Source: the human T2T-CHM13v2.0 reference genome, Homo sapiens
Assembly: GCF_009914755.1 (NCBI RefSeq)
Contig: NC_060933.1
DNA length: 64,000 nt
Strand: one strand, 5' to 3'
A model generated the notes under the pieces. It saw only the letters and a program-made list of their open reading frames with translations. It searched no databases and was not told the DNA's origin. Positions 43,501 to 57,500 of the stretch are shown here, piece by piece. Made by a program: the position numbers and the translations under genes. Position 1 is the stretch's first letter; every line of letters begins with the position of its first letter.

Positions 43501-45525
43501 AATGGAATGGAATGGAATTAACCCGAATAGAATGGAATGGAATGGAATGGAACGGAACGGAACGGAACGGAATGGAATGGAATGGAATGGAATTGTATGG
43601 AATGGAATGGAATGGTACGGAATAGAATGGAATGGAAAGAATTGGAATGGAATGGAATCGAATGGAATGGAATGGAATGGAATGGAATGGAATCAACCCG
43701 AGTGCAGGGGAATGTAATGGAACGGAATGTAATGGAATGGAATCATCCGGAATGGAATGGAATGGAATGGAATAGAATGGAATGGAATCAACCCGAGTGC
43801 AATGGAATGGAGTGGAATGGAATGGAATGGAATGGAACAACCCGAATGGAATGGAATGTAATGGAGAGTATGGGAGTTGAATAGAATCAATCCGAATGTA
43901 ATGGAATGGAATGGAACGGAATGGAATTGAATGGAATGGAATGGAATGCAATGGAATGGAATCAACCCGAGTGCAATGGAATGGAGAGGAATGGAATGGA
44001 ATGGAATGGAAACTACCCGAATGCAATGGAATGTAATGGAGTGTAAGGGAATTGAATAGTATCAATCCGAATGCAATGGAATGGAATGGAACGGAATGGA
44101 ATGGAATGGAATGGAATGGAATGGAATGGAATCGTTCCGAGTGGAATAGGAGAGAATGTATTCGAGTGGAATGGAAAGGAATGGAATCAACCAGAGTGGA
44201 ATGGAAGGGAATGGAATGGAATGGAAACTAATAGATTAGATTGGAATCAACCCGAGTGGAATGGAATGGAAAGGACTGAAATGGAATGGAATGGAATGGA
44301 ATGGAATCAACTCGATTGTAATGGAATGGAATGGAACGGAATGGAATGGAATTAACCCGAATACAATGGAATGGAATGGAATGGAATGGAATGGAATGGA
44401 ATGGAACGGAATGGAGTGGAATGGAATGGATTCAACCCGAGTGCAGGGGAATGGAATGGAATGGAATGCAATGGAATGGAATCATCCGGAATGGAATGGA
44501 ATGGAATGGAATGCAAAGCAATGGAATCAACTCGATTGCAATGGAAAGGAATGGAATGGAAAGGAATAGAATGGAATCAACCTGATTGGGATGGAATGGA
44601 AAGGACTGGAATGGAGTGGAATGGAATGGAATGGAATGGAATGGAATGCAATGGAATGGTATGGAATGGAATGGAATGGTACGGAATAGAATGGAATGGA
44701 ACGAATTGTAATGGAATGGAATTCAATGGAATGGAATGGAATGGAATTGAATCAACGCGAGTGCAGGGGAATGTAATGGAACGGAATGCAATGGAATGGA
44801 ATCATCCGGAATGGAATGGAATGGAATGGAATGGAATGGAATCAACCCGAGTGCAATGGAATGGAGTGGAATGGAATGGAATGGAATGGAACAACCCGAA
44901 TGGAATGGAATGTAATGTAGAGTAAGGGAGTTGAATAGAATCAATCAGAATGTAATGGAATGGAATGTAACGGAATGGAATGGAATGGAATGGAATGGAA
45001 TGCAATGGAATGGAATCAACCCGAGTACAATGGAATGGAATGGAATGGAATGGAATGGAATGCCTTCAAACCGAATGGAATGGAAAGGAATGGAATCAAC
45101 ACGAGTGGAATGGAATGGAATGGAATGGAATGGAATGGAATGGAATGATACGGAATACGATGGAATGGAACGAAATGGAATGGAATGGAATGGACTGGAA
45201 TGGAATGGAATGGAATGGAATCGTTCCGAGTGGAATAGGAGGGAATGTATTCGAGTGGAATGGAAAGGAATGGAATCAACCAGAGTGGAATGGAAGGGAA
45301 TGGAATGGAATGGAAACTAATAGAATGGAATCAACCCTAGTGGAATGGAATGGAAAGGACTGGAATGGAAAGGAATGGAATGGAATGGAATGGAATGGAA
45401 TGGAATGGAATGGAATGGAATCAACGCGAGTGCAGGAGAATGGAATGGAATGGAATGGAATGGAATGGAATGGAATCAACCCGAGTGCAGGGGAATGTAA
45501 TGGAACGGAATGCAAAGGAAAGGAA
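40530..45525 (-). repeat. Copy 1 of a >=5-kb segmental duplication (copy 2 at ~59010-64000)
   Basis: Identical ORF pairs at offset 18480/18475: 40621/59101, 41740/60215, 42488/60968, 43463/61938, 44931/63406. Confidence 0.95.
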
Positions 45526-48500
45526 TCATCCGGAATGGAATGGAATGGAATGGAATGGAATCAACCCGAGTGCAATGGAATGGAGTGGAATGGAATGGAA
45601 TGGAATGGAACAACCCGAATAGAATGGAATATAATGGAGAGTAAGGGAGTTGAAAAGAATCAATCCGAATGTAATGGAATGGAATGGAACGGAATGGAAT
45701 GGACTGGACTGGAATGGAATGGAATGGAATGCAATGGAATGGAATCAACCCGAGTACAATGGAATGGAATGGATTGGAATGGAACGGAATGGAATGGAAT
45801 GGAATGGAATCTTCCGGAATGGAATGGAATGGAATGGAATGGAATGGAATGCAATGGATTCAACTCGATTGCAATGGAATGGAATAGTATGGAATGGAAT
45901 GGAATGGAATGGAATGGAATGGAATGGAATTAAACCGAATAGAATGGAATGGAATGGAATGGAATGGAACGGAAGGGAACGGAACGGAACGGAATGGAGT
46001 GGAATGGAATGGAATGGAATTTTATGAAATGGAATGGAATGGTACGGAATAGAATGGAATGGAATGAATTGGAATGGAATGGAATCGAATGGAATGGAAT
46101 GGAATGGAATGGAATCAAACCGAGTGCAATGGAATGGAGTGGAATGGAATGGAATGGAATGGAAAAACCCGAATGGAATGGAAAGTAATGGAGAGTAAGG
46201 GAGTTGAATAGAATCAATCCGAATGTAATGGAATGGAACGGAATGGAATGGAATGGAATGGAATGGAATGGAATCAACTCGATTGCAGTCGAATGGAATG
46301 GAAAGGAATTAAACCGAATAGAAAGGAATGGAATGGAATGGAAGGGAACGGAATGGAATGGAATGGAATGGAATGGAATGGAATGGAATGGAATCAACCC
46401 GACTGCAGGTGAATGGAATGGAATGGAATGCAATGGAATGGATTCAACTTGAATGGAATGGAAAGAATGGAATCAAACACGAGTGGAATGGCATGGATTG
46501 GAATGGAATGGAATGGATCAACCCGAGTACAGGGGAATGGAATGGAATGGAATGCAATGGAATGGAATCATCCGTAATGGAATGGAAAGGAATGGAATGG
46601 AATGGAATGGAATGGAATGGAATGGAATGGAATCAACTCGATTGCAATCGAATGGAATGGAATGGAATTAACCCGAATAGAATGGAATGGAATGGAATGG
46701 AACAGAACGGAACGGAATGGAATGTAATGGAATGGAATGGAATGGAATGGAATGGAACAGAACGGAAAGGAATGGAATGGAATGGAATGGAATGGAATGG
46801 AATGGAATCAACTCGATTGCAATCGAATGGAATGGAATGGAATTAACCCGAATAGAATGGAATGGAATGGAATGGAACGGAACGGAATGGAATGGAATGG
46901 AATGGAATGGAATGGAACGGAATGGAAAGGAATGAAATGGAATGGAATGGAATGGAATGGTATGGAATGGAATGGAATGGTACGGAATAGAATGGAATGG
47001 AACGAATTGTAATGGAATGGAATTGAATGGCATGGAATGGAATGGAATGGAATCAACGCGAGTGCAGGGGAATGTAATGGAACGGAATGCAATGGAATGG
47101 AATCATCCGGAATGGAATGGAATGGAATGGAATGGAATGGAATGGAATCAACCCGAGTGCAATGGAATGGAGTGGAATGGAATGGAATGGAATGGAACAA
47201 CACAAATGGAATGGAATGTAATGGAGAGTAAGGGAGTTGAATAGAATCAATCCGAAAGTAATGGAATGGAATGCAACGGAATGGAATGGAATGGAATGGA
47301 ATGCAATGGCATGGAATCAACCCGAGTACAATGGAATGGAATGGAATGGAATGGAATGGAATGCCTTCAAACCGAATGGAATGGAAAGGAATGGAATGAA
47401 CACGAGTGGAATGGAATGGAATGGAATGGAATGGAATGGAACGATACGGAATAGAATGGAATGGAACGAAATGGAATGGAATAGAATGGAATGGAATGGA
47501 ATGGAATGGAATGGAATGGAATGGAATGGAATCGTTCCGAGTGGAATAGGAGGGAATATATTCGAGTGGAATGGAAAGGAATGGAATCAACCAGAGTGGA
47601 ATGGAAGGGAATGGAATGGAATGGATACTAATAGAATGGAATCAACCCGAGTGGAATGGAATGGAAAAGACTGGAATGGAAAGGAATGGAATGGAAAGGA
47701 ATGGAATGGAATGGAACGGAAAGGAATGGAATGGAATGGAATGGAATGGAATGGAATGGAATCAACGAGAGTGCAGAGGAATGGAATGGAATGGAATGCA
47801 ATGGAATGGAATCTTCCGGAATGGAATGGAATGGAATGGAATGGAATGGAATGGAATGGAATCAACCCGAGTGCAATGGAATGGAGTGGAATGGAATGGA
47901 ATGGAATGGAACAACCCGAATGGAATGGAATGTAATGGAGACTAAGGGAGTTGAATAGAATCAATCCGAATGTAATGGAATGGAATGGAACGGAATGGAA
48001 TTGAATGGAATGGAATGGAATGCAATTTAATGGAATCAACCCGAGTCCAATGGAATGGAGAGGAATGGAATGGAATGGAATGGAAACTACCCGAATGGAA
48101 TGGAATGTAATGGAGTGTAAGGGAATTGAATAGAATCAATCCGAATGTAATGGAATGGAAAGGAACGGAATGGAATGGAATGGAATGCAATGGAATGGAA
48201 TGGAATGCAATGGAATGGAATCAACCCGAGTGCAAGCGAATGGAATCGAATGGAATGGAATGCAATGGAATGGATTCAACTTGAATGGAATGGAAAGAAT
48301 GGAATCAACACGAGTGCAAGGGCATGGATTGGAATGCAATGGAATGGAATCAACCCGAGTACAGGGGAATGGAATGGAATGGAATGCAATGGAATGGAAT
48401 CATCCGTAATGGAATGGAAAGGAATGGAATGGAATGGAATGGAATGGAATGGAATGGAATGGAATCAACACGATTGCAATCGAATGGAATGGAATGGAAT

Positions 48501-51500
48501 TAACCCGAATAGAATGGAATGGAATGGAATGGAACGGAACGGAACGGAATGGAATGGAATGGAATGAAATGGAACGGAACGGAACGGAACGGAACGGAAT
48601 GGAATGGAATGGAATGGAATGGAATGGAATGGAATCAACGCGAGTGCAGGGGAATGGAATGGAATGGAATGCAATGGAATGGAATCTTCCGGAATGGAAT
48701 GGAATGGAATGGAATGGAATGAAATGCAACCGGTTCAACTCGATTGCAATGGAATGGAATAGAATGGAATGGAATGGAATGGAATGGAATAAACCCGAAT
48801 AGAATGGAATGGTATGGAATGGAACGGAATGGAACAGAATGGAATGGAATGGAATGGAAGGAAATGGAATGGAATGGTATGGAATGGAATGGAATGGTAC
48901 GGAATAGAATGGAATGGAACGAATTGTAATGGAATGGAATTGAATGGAATGGAATGGAATGGAATGGAATCAACGCGAGTGCAGGGGAATGTAATGGAAC
49001 GGAATGCAATGGAATGGAATCATCCGGAATGGAATGGAATGGAATGGCATGGAGTGGAATCAACCCGAGTGCAATGGAATGGAGTGGAATGGAATGGAAT
49101 GGAATGGAACAACCCGAATGGAATGGAATGTAATGGAGAGTAAGGGAGTTGAATAGAATCAATCCGAATGTAATGGAATGGAATGCAACAGAATGGAATG
49201 GAATGGAATGGAATGGAATGGAATGGAATGGAATGGAATGCAGTGGAATGGAATGGAATGGAATCAACTCGAGTGGAAAGGAATGGAATGGAATAGAAAG
49301 GAATGGAATGAAATCAACTCGAGTGGAATGGAATGGAATGGAATGGAATGCAATGAAATGCAATGGATTCAACTCGATTGCAATGGAATGGAATAGAATG
49401 GAATGGAATGGAATGGAATGGAATTAACCCGAATAGAATGGAATGGAATGCAATGGAACGGAATGGAACGGAATGGAATGGAATGGAATGGAATGGAATG
49501 GTATGGAATGGAATGGAATGGAACGGAATAGAATGGAATGGAACGAATTGTAATGGAATGGAATTGAATGGAATGGAAAGGAATCAACGCGAGTGCAGGG
49601 GAATGTAATGGAACGGAATGCAATGGAATGGAATCATCCGGAATGGAATGGAATGGAATGGAATGGAATCAACCCTAGTGCAATGGAATGGAGTGGAATG
49701 GAACAACCCGAATGGAATGGAATGTAATGGAGATTAAGGGAGTTGAATAGAATCTATCCGAATGTAATGGAATGGAATGCAACGGAATGGAATGGAATGG
49801 AATGGAATGGAATGCAATGGCATGGAATCAACCCGAGTACAATGGAATGGAATGGAATGGAATGGAATGGAATGGAATGGAATGCCTTCAAACCGAATGG
49901 AATGGAAAGGAATGGAATCAACACGCGTGGAATGGAATGGAATGGAATGGAATGGAATGGAATGGAATGGAATGGAATCAACGGGAGTGCAGGGGAATGG
50001 AATGGAATGGAATGCAATGGAATGGAATTTTCCGGAATGGAATGGAATGGAATGGAATGGAATGGAACGGAAAGGAATGGAATGGAATGGAATGGAGTGG
50101 AATGGAAAGGAATCAACGCGAGTGCAGGGGAATGGGATGGAATGGAATGCAATGGAATGGAATTTTCCGGAATGGAATGGAATGGAATGGAATGGAATGG
50201 AATGGAATAAACCCGAGAGCAATGGAATGGAGTGGAATGGAATGGAAACAACCCGAATGGAATGGAATGTAATGGAGAGTAAGGGAATTGAATAGAATCA
50301 ATCCGAATGTAATGGAATGGAATGGAACGGAATGGATTGGAATGGAATGGAATGGAATGGAATGGAATGGAATGCAATGGAATGGAATCAACCCGAGTGC
50401 AATCGAATGGAATCGAATGGAATGGAAAGCAATGGAATGGATTCAACTTGAATGGAATGGAAAGAATGGAATCAACACAAGTGCAAGGGCATGGATTGGA
50501 ATGCAATGGAATGGAATCAACCCGAGTACAGGGGAATGGAATGGAATGGAATGCAATGGAATGGAATCATCCGTAATGGAATGGAAAGGAATGGAATGGA
50601 ATGGAATGGAACGGAATGGAATGGAATGGAATCAACACGATTGCAATCGAATGGAATGGAAAGGAATTAACCTGAATAGAATGGAATGGAATGGAATGGA
50701 ACGGAACGGAATGGAATGGAATGGAATGGAATGGAATGGAATGGAATGGAATGGAATGGAATGGAATTCACCCGAATAGAATGGAATGGAATGGAATGGA
50801 AAGGAATGGAAGGGAAGGAAATGGAATGTAATCAACCCGAGTGCAGGGGAATGGAATGGAATGGAATGCAATGGAATGGAATCATCCGGAATGGAATGGA
50901 ATGGAATGGAATGGAAAGGTATCAACCCGAGTGCAGCGGAATGTAATTTAACGGAATGCAATGTAATGGAATCATCCGGAATGGAATGGAATGGAATGGA
51001 ATGCAAAACAATGGAATCAACTCGATTGCAATGGAATGGAATGGAATGGAAATGAATAGAATGGAATCAACCCGAGTGGAATGGAATGGAAAGGACTGGA
51101 ATGGAATGGAATGGAATGGAATGGAATGGAATCAACTCGATTGGAATGGAATGGAATGGAATGGAATGGAATGGAATGGAATGGAATTAACCCGAATACA
51201 ATGGAATGGAATGAAATGGAATGGAACGGAATGGAGTGGAATGGAATGGAATCAACCCGAGTGCAAGGGAATGGAATGGAAAGGAATGCAATGGAATGGA
51301 ATCATCCGGAATGGAATGGAATGGAATGGAATGCAAAGAAATGGAATCAACTCGATTGCAATGGAATGGAATGGAATGGAAAGGAATAGAATGGAATCAA
51401 CCCGAGTGTAATGGAATGGAAACGACTGGAATGGAGTGGAATGGAATGGAATGGAATGGAATGGAATCAACTCGATTGGAATGGAATGGAATGGAATGGA

Positions 51501-54500
51501 ATGGAATGGAATGGAATTAACCCGAATAGAATGGAATGGAATGGAATGGAACGGAATGGAATGGAATGGAATGGAATGGAATGGAATGGAATCAACCCAA
51601 CTGCAGGGGAATGGAATGGAATGGAATGGAATGGAATGGAATGGAATGGAATCATCCGGAACGGAATGGAATCAACTCGATTGCAATGGAATGGAATGGA
51701 ATGGAATGGAATCGAAAGGAATGGAATGGAATTAACCAGAATAGAATGGAATGGAATGGAATGGAACGGAATGGAATGGAATGGAATGGAATGGAATGGA
51801 ATGGAATCAACCCGAGTGCAGGGGAATGGAATGGAATGGAATGCAATGGAATGGAATCATCCGGAATGGAATGGAATGGAATGGAAAGGAATGGAATGGA
51901 ATGGTATCAACCCGAGTGCAGGGGAATGTAATGGAACGGAATGCAATGGAATGGAATCATCCGGAATGGAATGGAATGGAATGGAATGGAATGGAATCAA
52001 CCCGAGTGCAATGGAATGGAGTCGAATGGAATGGAATGGAATGGAAAAACCCGAATGGAATGGAATGTAATGGAGAGTAAGGGAGTTGAATAGAATCAAT
52101 CCGAATGTAATGGAATGGAATGCAACGGAATGGAATGGAATGGAATGCAATGGAATGGAATGGAATGGAATGCAAAGGAATGGAATCAACCCGAGTGGAA
52201 TGGCTTGGAATGGATTGCAATGGATTGGAATGGAATGGAATCAACTCGAGTGGAAAGGAATGGAATGGAATGGAAAGGAATGGAATGAAGTCAACTCGAG
52301 TGGAATGGAATGGAATGGAATGGATTGGAATGGATTGCAATGGAATGAAATGGAATGGAATGGAATGGAATCAATCATTCCGAGTGGAATGGAAGGGAAT
52401 GTAATGGAGTGGAAAGAAGGGAATGGAATCAACCCGAGTGGAATGCAAGACAATGGAATGGAATGGAAAGGAATGGAATGGAATCAACTCGATTGCAATG
52501 GAATGGAATGGAATGGAATGGAATGGAATGGAATGGAATTAACCGGAATAGAATGGAATGGAATGGAATGGAACGGAATGGAATGGAATGGAAGGGAATG
52601 GAATCAACACGAGTGCAGGGGAATGGAATGCAATGGAATGCAATGGAATGGAATCATCCGGAATGGAATGGAATGCAATGGAATAAACTCCATTGCAATG
52701 GAATGGAATGGAATGGAATGGAATAGAATGGAATGGAATTAACCCGAATAGAATGGAATGCAATAGAATGGAATGCAACGGAACCGAATGGAGTGGAATG
52801 GAATGGAATGGAATCAACCCGAGTACAGGGGAATGGAATGGAATGGAAAGCAATGGAATGGAGTCATCCGTAATGGAATGGAAAGGAATGGAATGGAATG
52901 GAATGGAATGGAATGGAATGGATTCAACTCGATGACAATCGAATGGAATGGAATGGAATTAACCCGAATAGAATGGAATGGAATGGAATGGAACGGAACG
53001 GAATGGAATGGAATGGAATGGAATGGAATGGAACGGAACGGAATGGAATGGAATGGAATGGAATGGAATCAACGCGAGTGCAGGGGAATGGAATGGAATG
53101 GAATGTAATGGAATGGAATCTTCCGGAATGGAATGGAATGGAATGGAATGGAATGAAAGGCAATGGATTCAACTCGATTGCAATGGAATGGAATAGAATG
53201 GAATGGAATTGAATGGAATGGAATGGAATTGAATGGAATGGAATGCCTTCAAACCGAATGGAATGGAAAGCAATGGAATCAACACGAGTGGAATAGAATG
53301 GAAAGGAAAGGAATGGAATGGAATGGAATGCTACGGAATAGAATGGAATGGAACGAAATGGAATGGAATGGAATGGAATGGAATGGAATGGAATGGAATG
53401 CAATGGAATGGAATCGTTCCGAGTGGAATAGGAGGGAATGTATTCGAGTGGAATGGAAAGGAATGGAATCAACGAGAGTGGAATGGAAGGGAATGGAATG
53501 GAATGGAAACTAATAGAATGGAATCAACACGAGTGGAATGGAATGGAAAGGACTGGAATGGAATGGAATGGAATGGAATGGAATGGAATGGAATCAACTC
53601 GATTGTAATGGAATGGAATGGAATGGAATGGAATGGAATGGAATGGAATGGAATTAACCCGAATACAATGGAATGGAATGGAATGGAATGGAATGGAGTG
53701 GAATGGAATGGAATGGAATGGAATGGAATCAACTCGATTTTAATGGAATGGAATGGAATGGAATGGAATGGAATGGAATGGAATTAACCCTAATAGAATG
53801 GAATGGAATGGAATGGAACGGAATGGAATGGAATGGAATGGAATGGAATGGATTGGAATGGAATCAACCCGACTGCATGGGAATGGAATGGAATGGAATG
53901 GAATGGAATGGAATGGAATGGAATCATCCGGAACGGAATGGAATGGAATGGAATGGAATCAACTCGACTGCAATGGAATGGAATGGAATGGAATGGAATC
54001 GAAAGGAATGGAATGGAATTAACCGGAATAGAATGGAATGGAATGGAATGGAACGGAATGGAATGGAATGGAATGGAATGGAATGGAATCAATCCGAATG
54101 CAGGGGAATGGAATGGAATGGAATGCAATGGAATGGAATCATCCGGAATGGAATGGAATGGAATGGAATGCAATCAACCTGATGCAATGGAATGGAGTGG
54201 AATGGCATGGAATGGAATGGAAACATCCCGAATGGAATGGTATGTAATGGAGTGTAAGGGAATTCAATAGAATCAATCCGAATGTAATGGAATGGAATGG
54301 AATGAAATGGAATGGAATGGAATGGAATGGAATGGAATCAACCCGAGTGCAATGGAATGGATTCGAATGGAATGGAATGGAATGGAATGGATTCAACAAG
54401 AATGGAATGGAAAGGAATGGAATCAACCCGAGTGTAATGGCATGGAATGGAACGGAATGGATTGGGATGGAATGGAATGGTACGGAATAGAATGGAATGG

Positions 54501-57500
54501 AATGAAATGGAATGGAATGGAATGGAATGGAATGGAAGGGAATGGAATGGAATGGAATGAACCCGTGTGCAATGGAATGGAATAGAATGGAATGGAATGG
54601 AATGGAATGGAATGGAATGGAATGGAATCATCTCGATTGCAATCGAATGGAATGGAATGGAATTAACCCGAATAGAATGGAATGGAATGGAATGGAATGA
54701 AACGGAACGGAATGGAATGGAATGGAATGGAATGGAATGGAACGGAAAGGAATGGAATGGAATGCAATGGAATGGAATGGAATGGAATGGAATGGAATGG
54801 AATCAACGCGAGTGCAGGGGAATGGAATGGAATGGAATGCAATGGAATGGAATCATCCGGAATGGAATGGAATGGAATGGAAAGGAATGGAATGGAATGG
54901 TATCAACCCGAGTGCAGGGGAATGTAATGGAACGGAATGCAATGGAATGGAATCATCCGGAATGGAATGGAATGGAATGGAATGGAATGGAATCAACCCG
55001 AGTGCAATGGAATGGAGTCGAATGGAATGGAATGGAATGGAAAAACCCGAATGGAATGGAATGTAATGGAGAGTAAGGGAGTTGAATAGAATCAATCCGA
55101 ATGTAATGGAATGGAATGCAACGGAATGGAATGGAATGGAATGCAATGGAATGGAATGCAAAGGAATGGAATCAACCCGAGTGGAATGGCATGGAATGGA
55201 TTGCAATGGATTGGAATGGAATGGAATCAACTCGAGTGGAAAGGAATGGAATGGAATGGAAAGGAATGGAATGAAGTCAACTCGAGTGGAATGGAATGGA
55301 ATGGAATGGATTGGAATGGATTGCAATGGAATGAAATGGAATGGAATGGAATGGAATCAATCATTCCGAGTGGAATGGAAGGCAATGTAATGGAGTGGAA
55401 AGAAGGGAATGGAATCAACCCGAGTGGAATGCAAGACAATGGACTGGAATGGAAAGGAATGGAATGGAATCAACTCGATTGCAATGGAATGGAATGGAAT
55501 GGAATGGAATGGAATGGAATGGAATGGAATTAACCGGAATAGAATGGAATGGAATGGAATGGAACGGAATGGAATGGAATGGAAGGGAATGGAATCAACA
55601 CGAGTGCAGGGGAATGGAATGCAATGGAATGCAATGGAATGGAATCATCCGGAATGGAATGGAATGCAATGGAATAAACTCCATTGCAATGGAAAGGAAT
55701 GGAATGGAATGGAATAGAATGGAATGGAATTAACCCGAATAGAATGGAATGCAATAGAATGGAATGCAACGGAACCGAATGGAGTGGAATGGAATGGAAT
55801 GGAATCAACCCGAGTACAGGGGAATGGAATGGAATGGAAAGCAATGGAATGGAGTCATCCGTAATGGAATGGAAAGGAATGGAATGGAATGGAATGGAAT
55901 GGATTCAACTCGATGACAATCGAATGGAATGGAATGGAATTAACCCGAATAGAATGGAATGGAATGGAATGGAATGGAATGGAACGGAACGCAATGGAAT
56001 GGAATGGAATGGAATGGAATCAACGCGAGTGCAGGGGAATGGAATGGAATGGAATGTAATGGAATGGAATCTTCCGGAATGGAATGGAATGGAATGGAAT
56101 GGAATGAAAGGCAATGGATTCAACTCGATTGCAATGGAATGGAATAGAATGGAATGGAATTGAATGGAATGGAATGGAATTGAATGGAATGGAATGCCTT
56201 CAAACCGAATGGAATGGAAAGCAATGGAATCAACACGAGTGGAATAGAATGGAATGGAAAGGATTGGAATGGAATGGAATGCTACGGAATAGAATGGAAT
56301 GGAACGAAATGGAATGGAATGGAATGGAATGGAATGGAACGGAATGGAATGGAATGCAATGGAATGGAATCGTTCCGAGTGGAATAGGAGGGAATGTATT
56401 CGAGTGGAATGGAAAGGAATGGAATCAACCAGAGTGGAATGGAAGGGAATGGAATGGAATGGAAACTAATAGAATGGAATCAACACGAGTGGAATGGAAT
56501 GGAAAGGACTGGAATGGAATGGAACGGAATGGAATGGAATGGAATGGAATCAACTCGATTGTAATGGAATGGAATGGAATGGAATGGAATGGAATGGAAT
56601 TGAATTAACCCGAATACAATGGAATGGAATGGAATGGAATGGAATGGAGTGGAATGGAATGGAATGGAATGGAATGGAATCAACTCGATTTTAATGGAAT
56701 GGAATGGAATGGAATGGAATGGAATGGAATTAACCCTAATAGAATGGAATGGAATGGAATGGAACGGAATGGAATGGAATGGAATGGAATGGAATGGATT
56801 CGAATGGAATCAACCCGACTGCAGGGGAATGGAATGGAATGGAATGGAATGGAATGGAATGGAATGGAATCATCGGGAACGGAATGGAATGGAATGGAAT
56901 GGAATCAACTCGACTGCAATGGAATGGAATGGAATGGAATGGAATCGAAAGGAATGGAATGGAATTAACCGGAATAGAATGGAATGGAATGGAATGGAAC
57001 GGAATGGAATGGAATGGAATGGAATGGAATGGAATCAATCCGAGTGCAGGGGAATGGAATGGAATGGAATGCAATGGAATGGAATCATCCGGAATGGAAT
57101 GGAATGGAATGGAATGCAATCAACCTGATGCAATGGAATGGAGTGGAATGGAATGGAATGGAATGGAAACATCCCGAATGGAAAGGTATGTAATGGAGTG
57201 TAAGGGAATTCAATAGAATCAATCCGAATGTAATGGAATGGAATGGAACGGAATGGAATGGAATGGAATGGAATGGAATGGAATTGAATGGAATGGAATG
57301 GAATGGAATCGTTCCGAGTGGAATAGGAGAGAATGTATTCGAGTGGAATGGAAAGGAATGGAATCAACCAGAGTGGAATGGAAGGGAATGGAATGGAATA
57401 GAAACTAATAGATTAGATTGGAATCAACCCGAGTGGAATGGAATGGAAAGGACTGAAATGGAATGGAATGGAATGGAATGGAATCAACTCGATTGTAATG

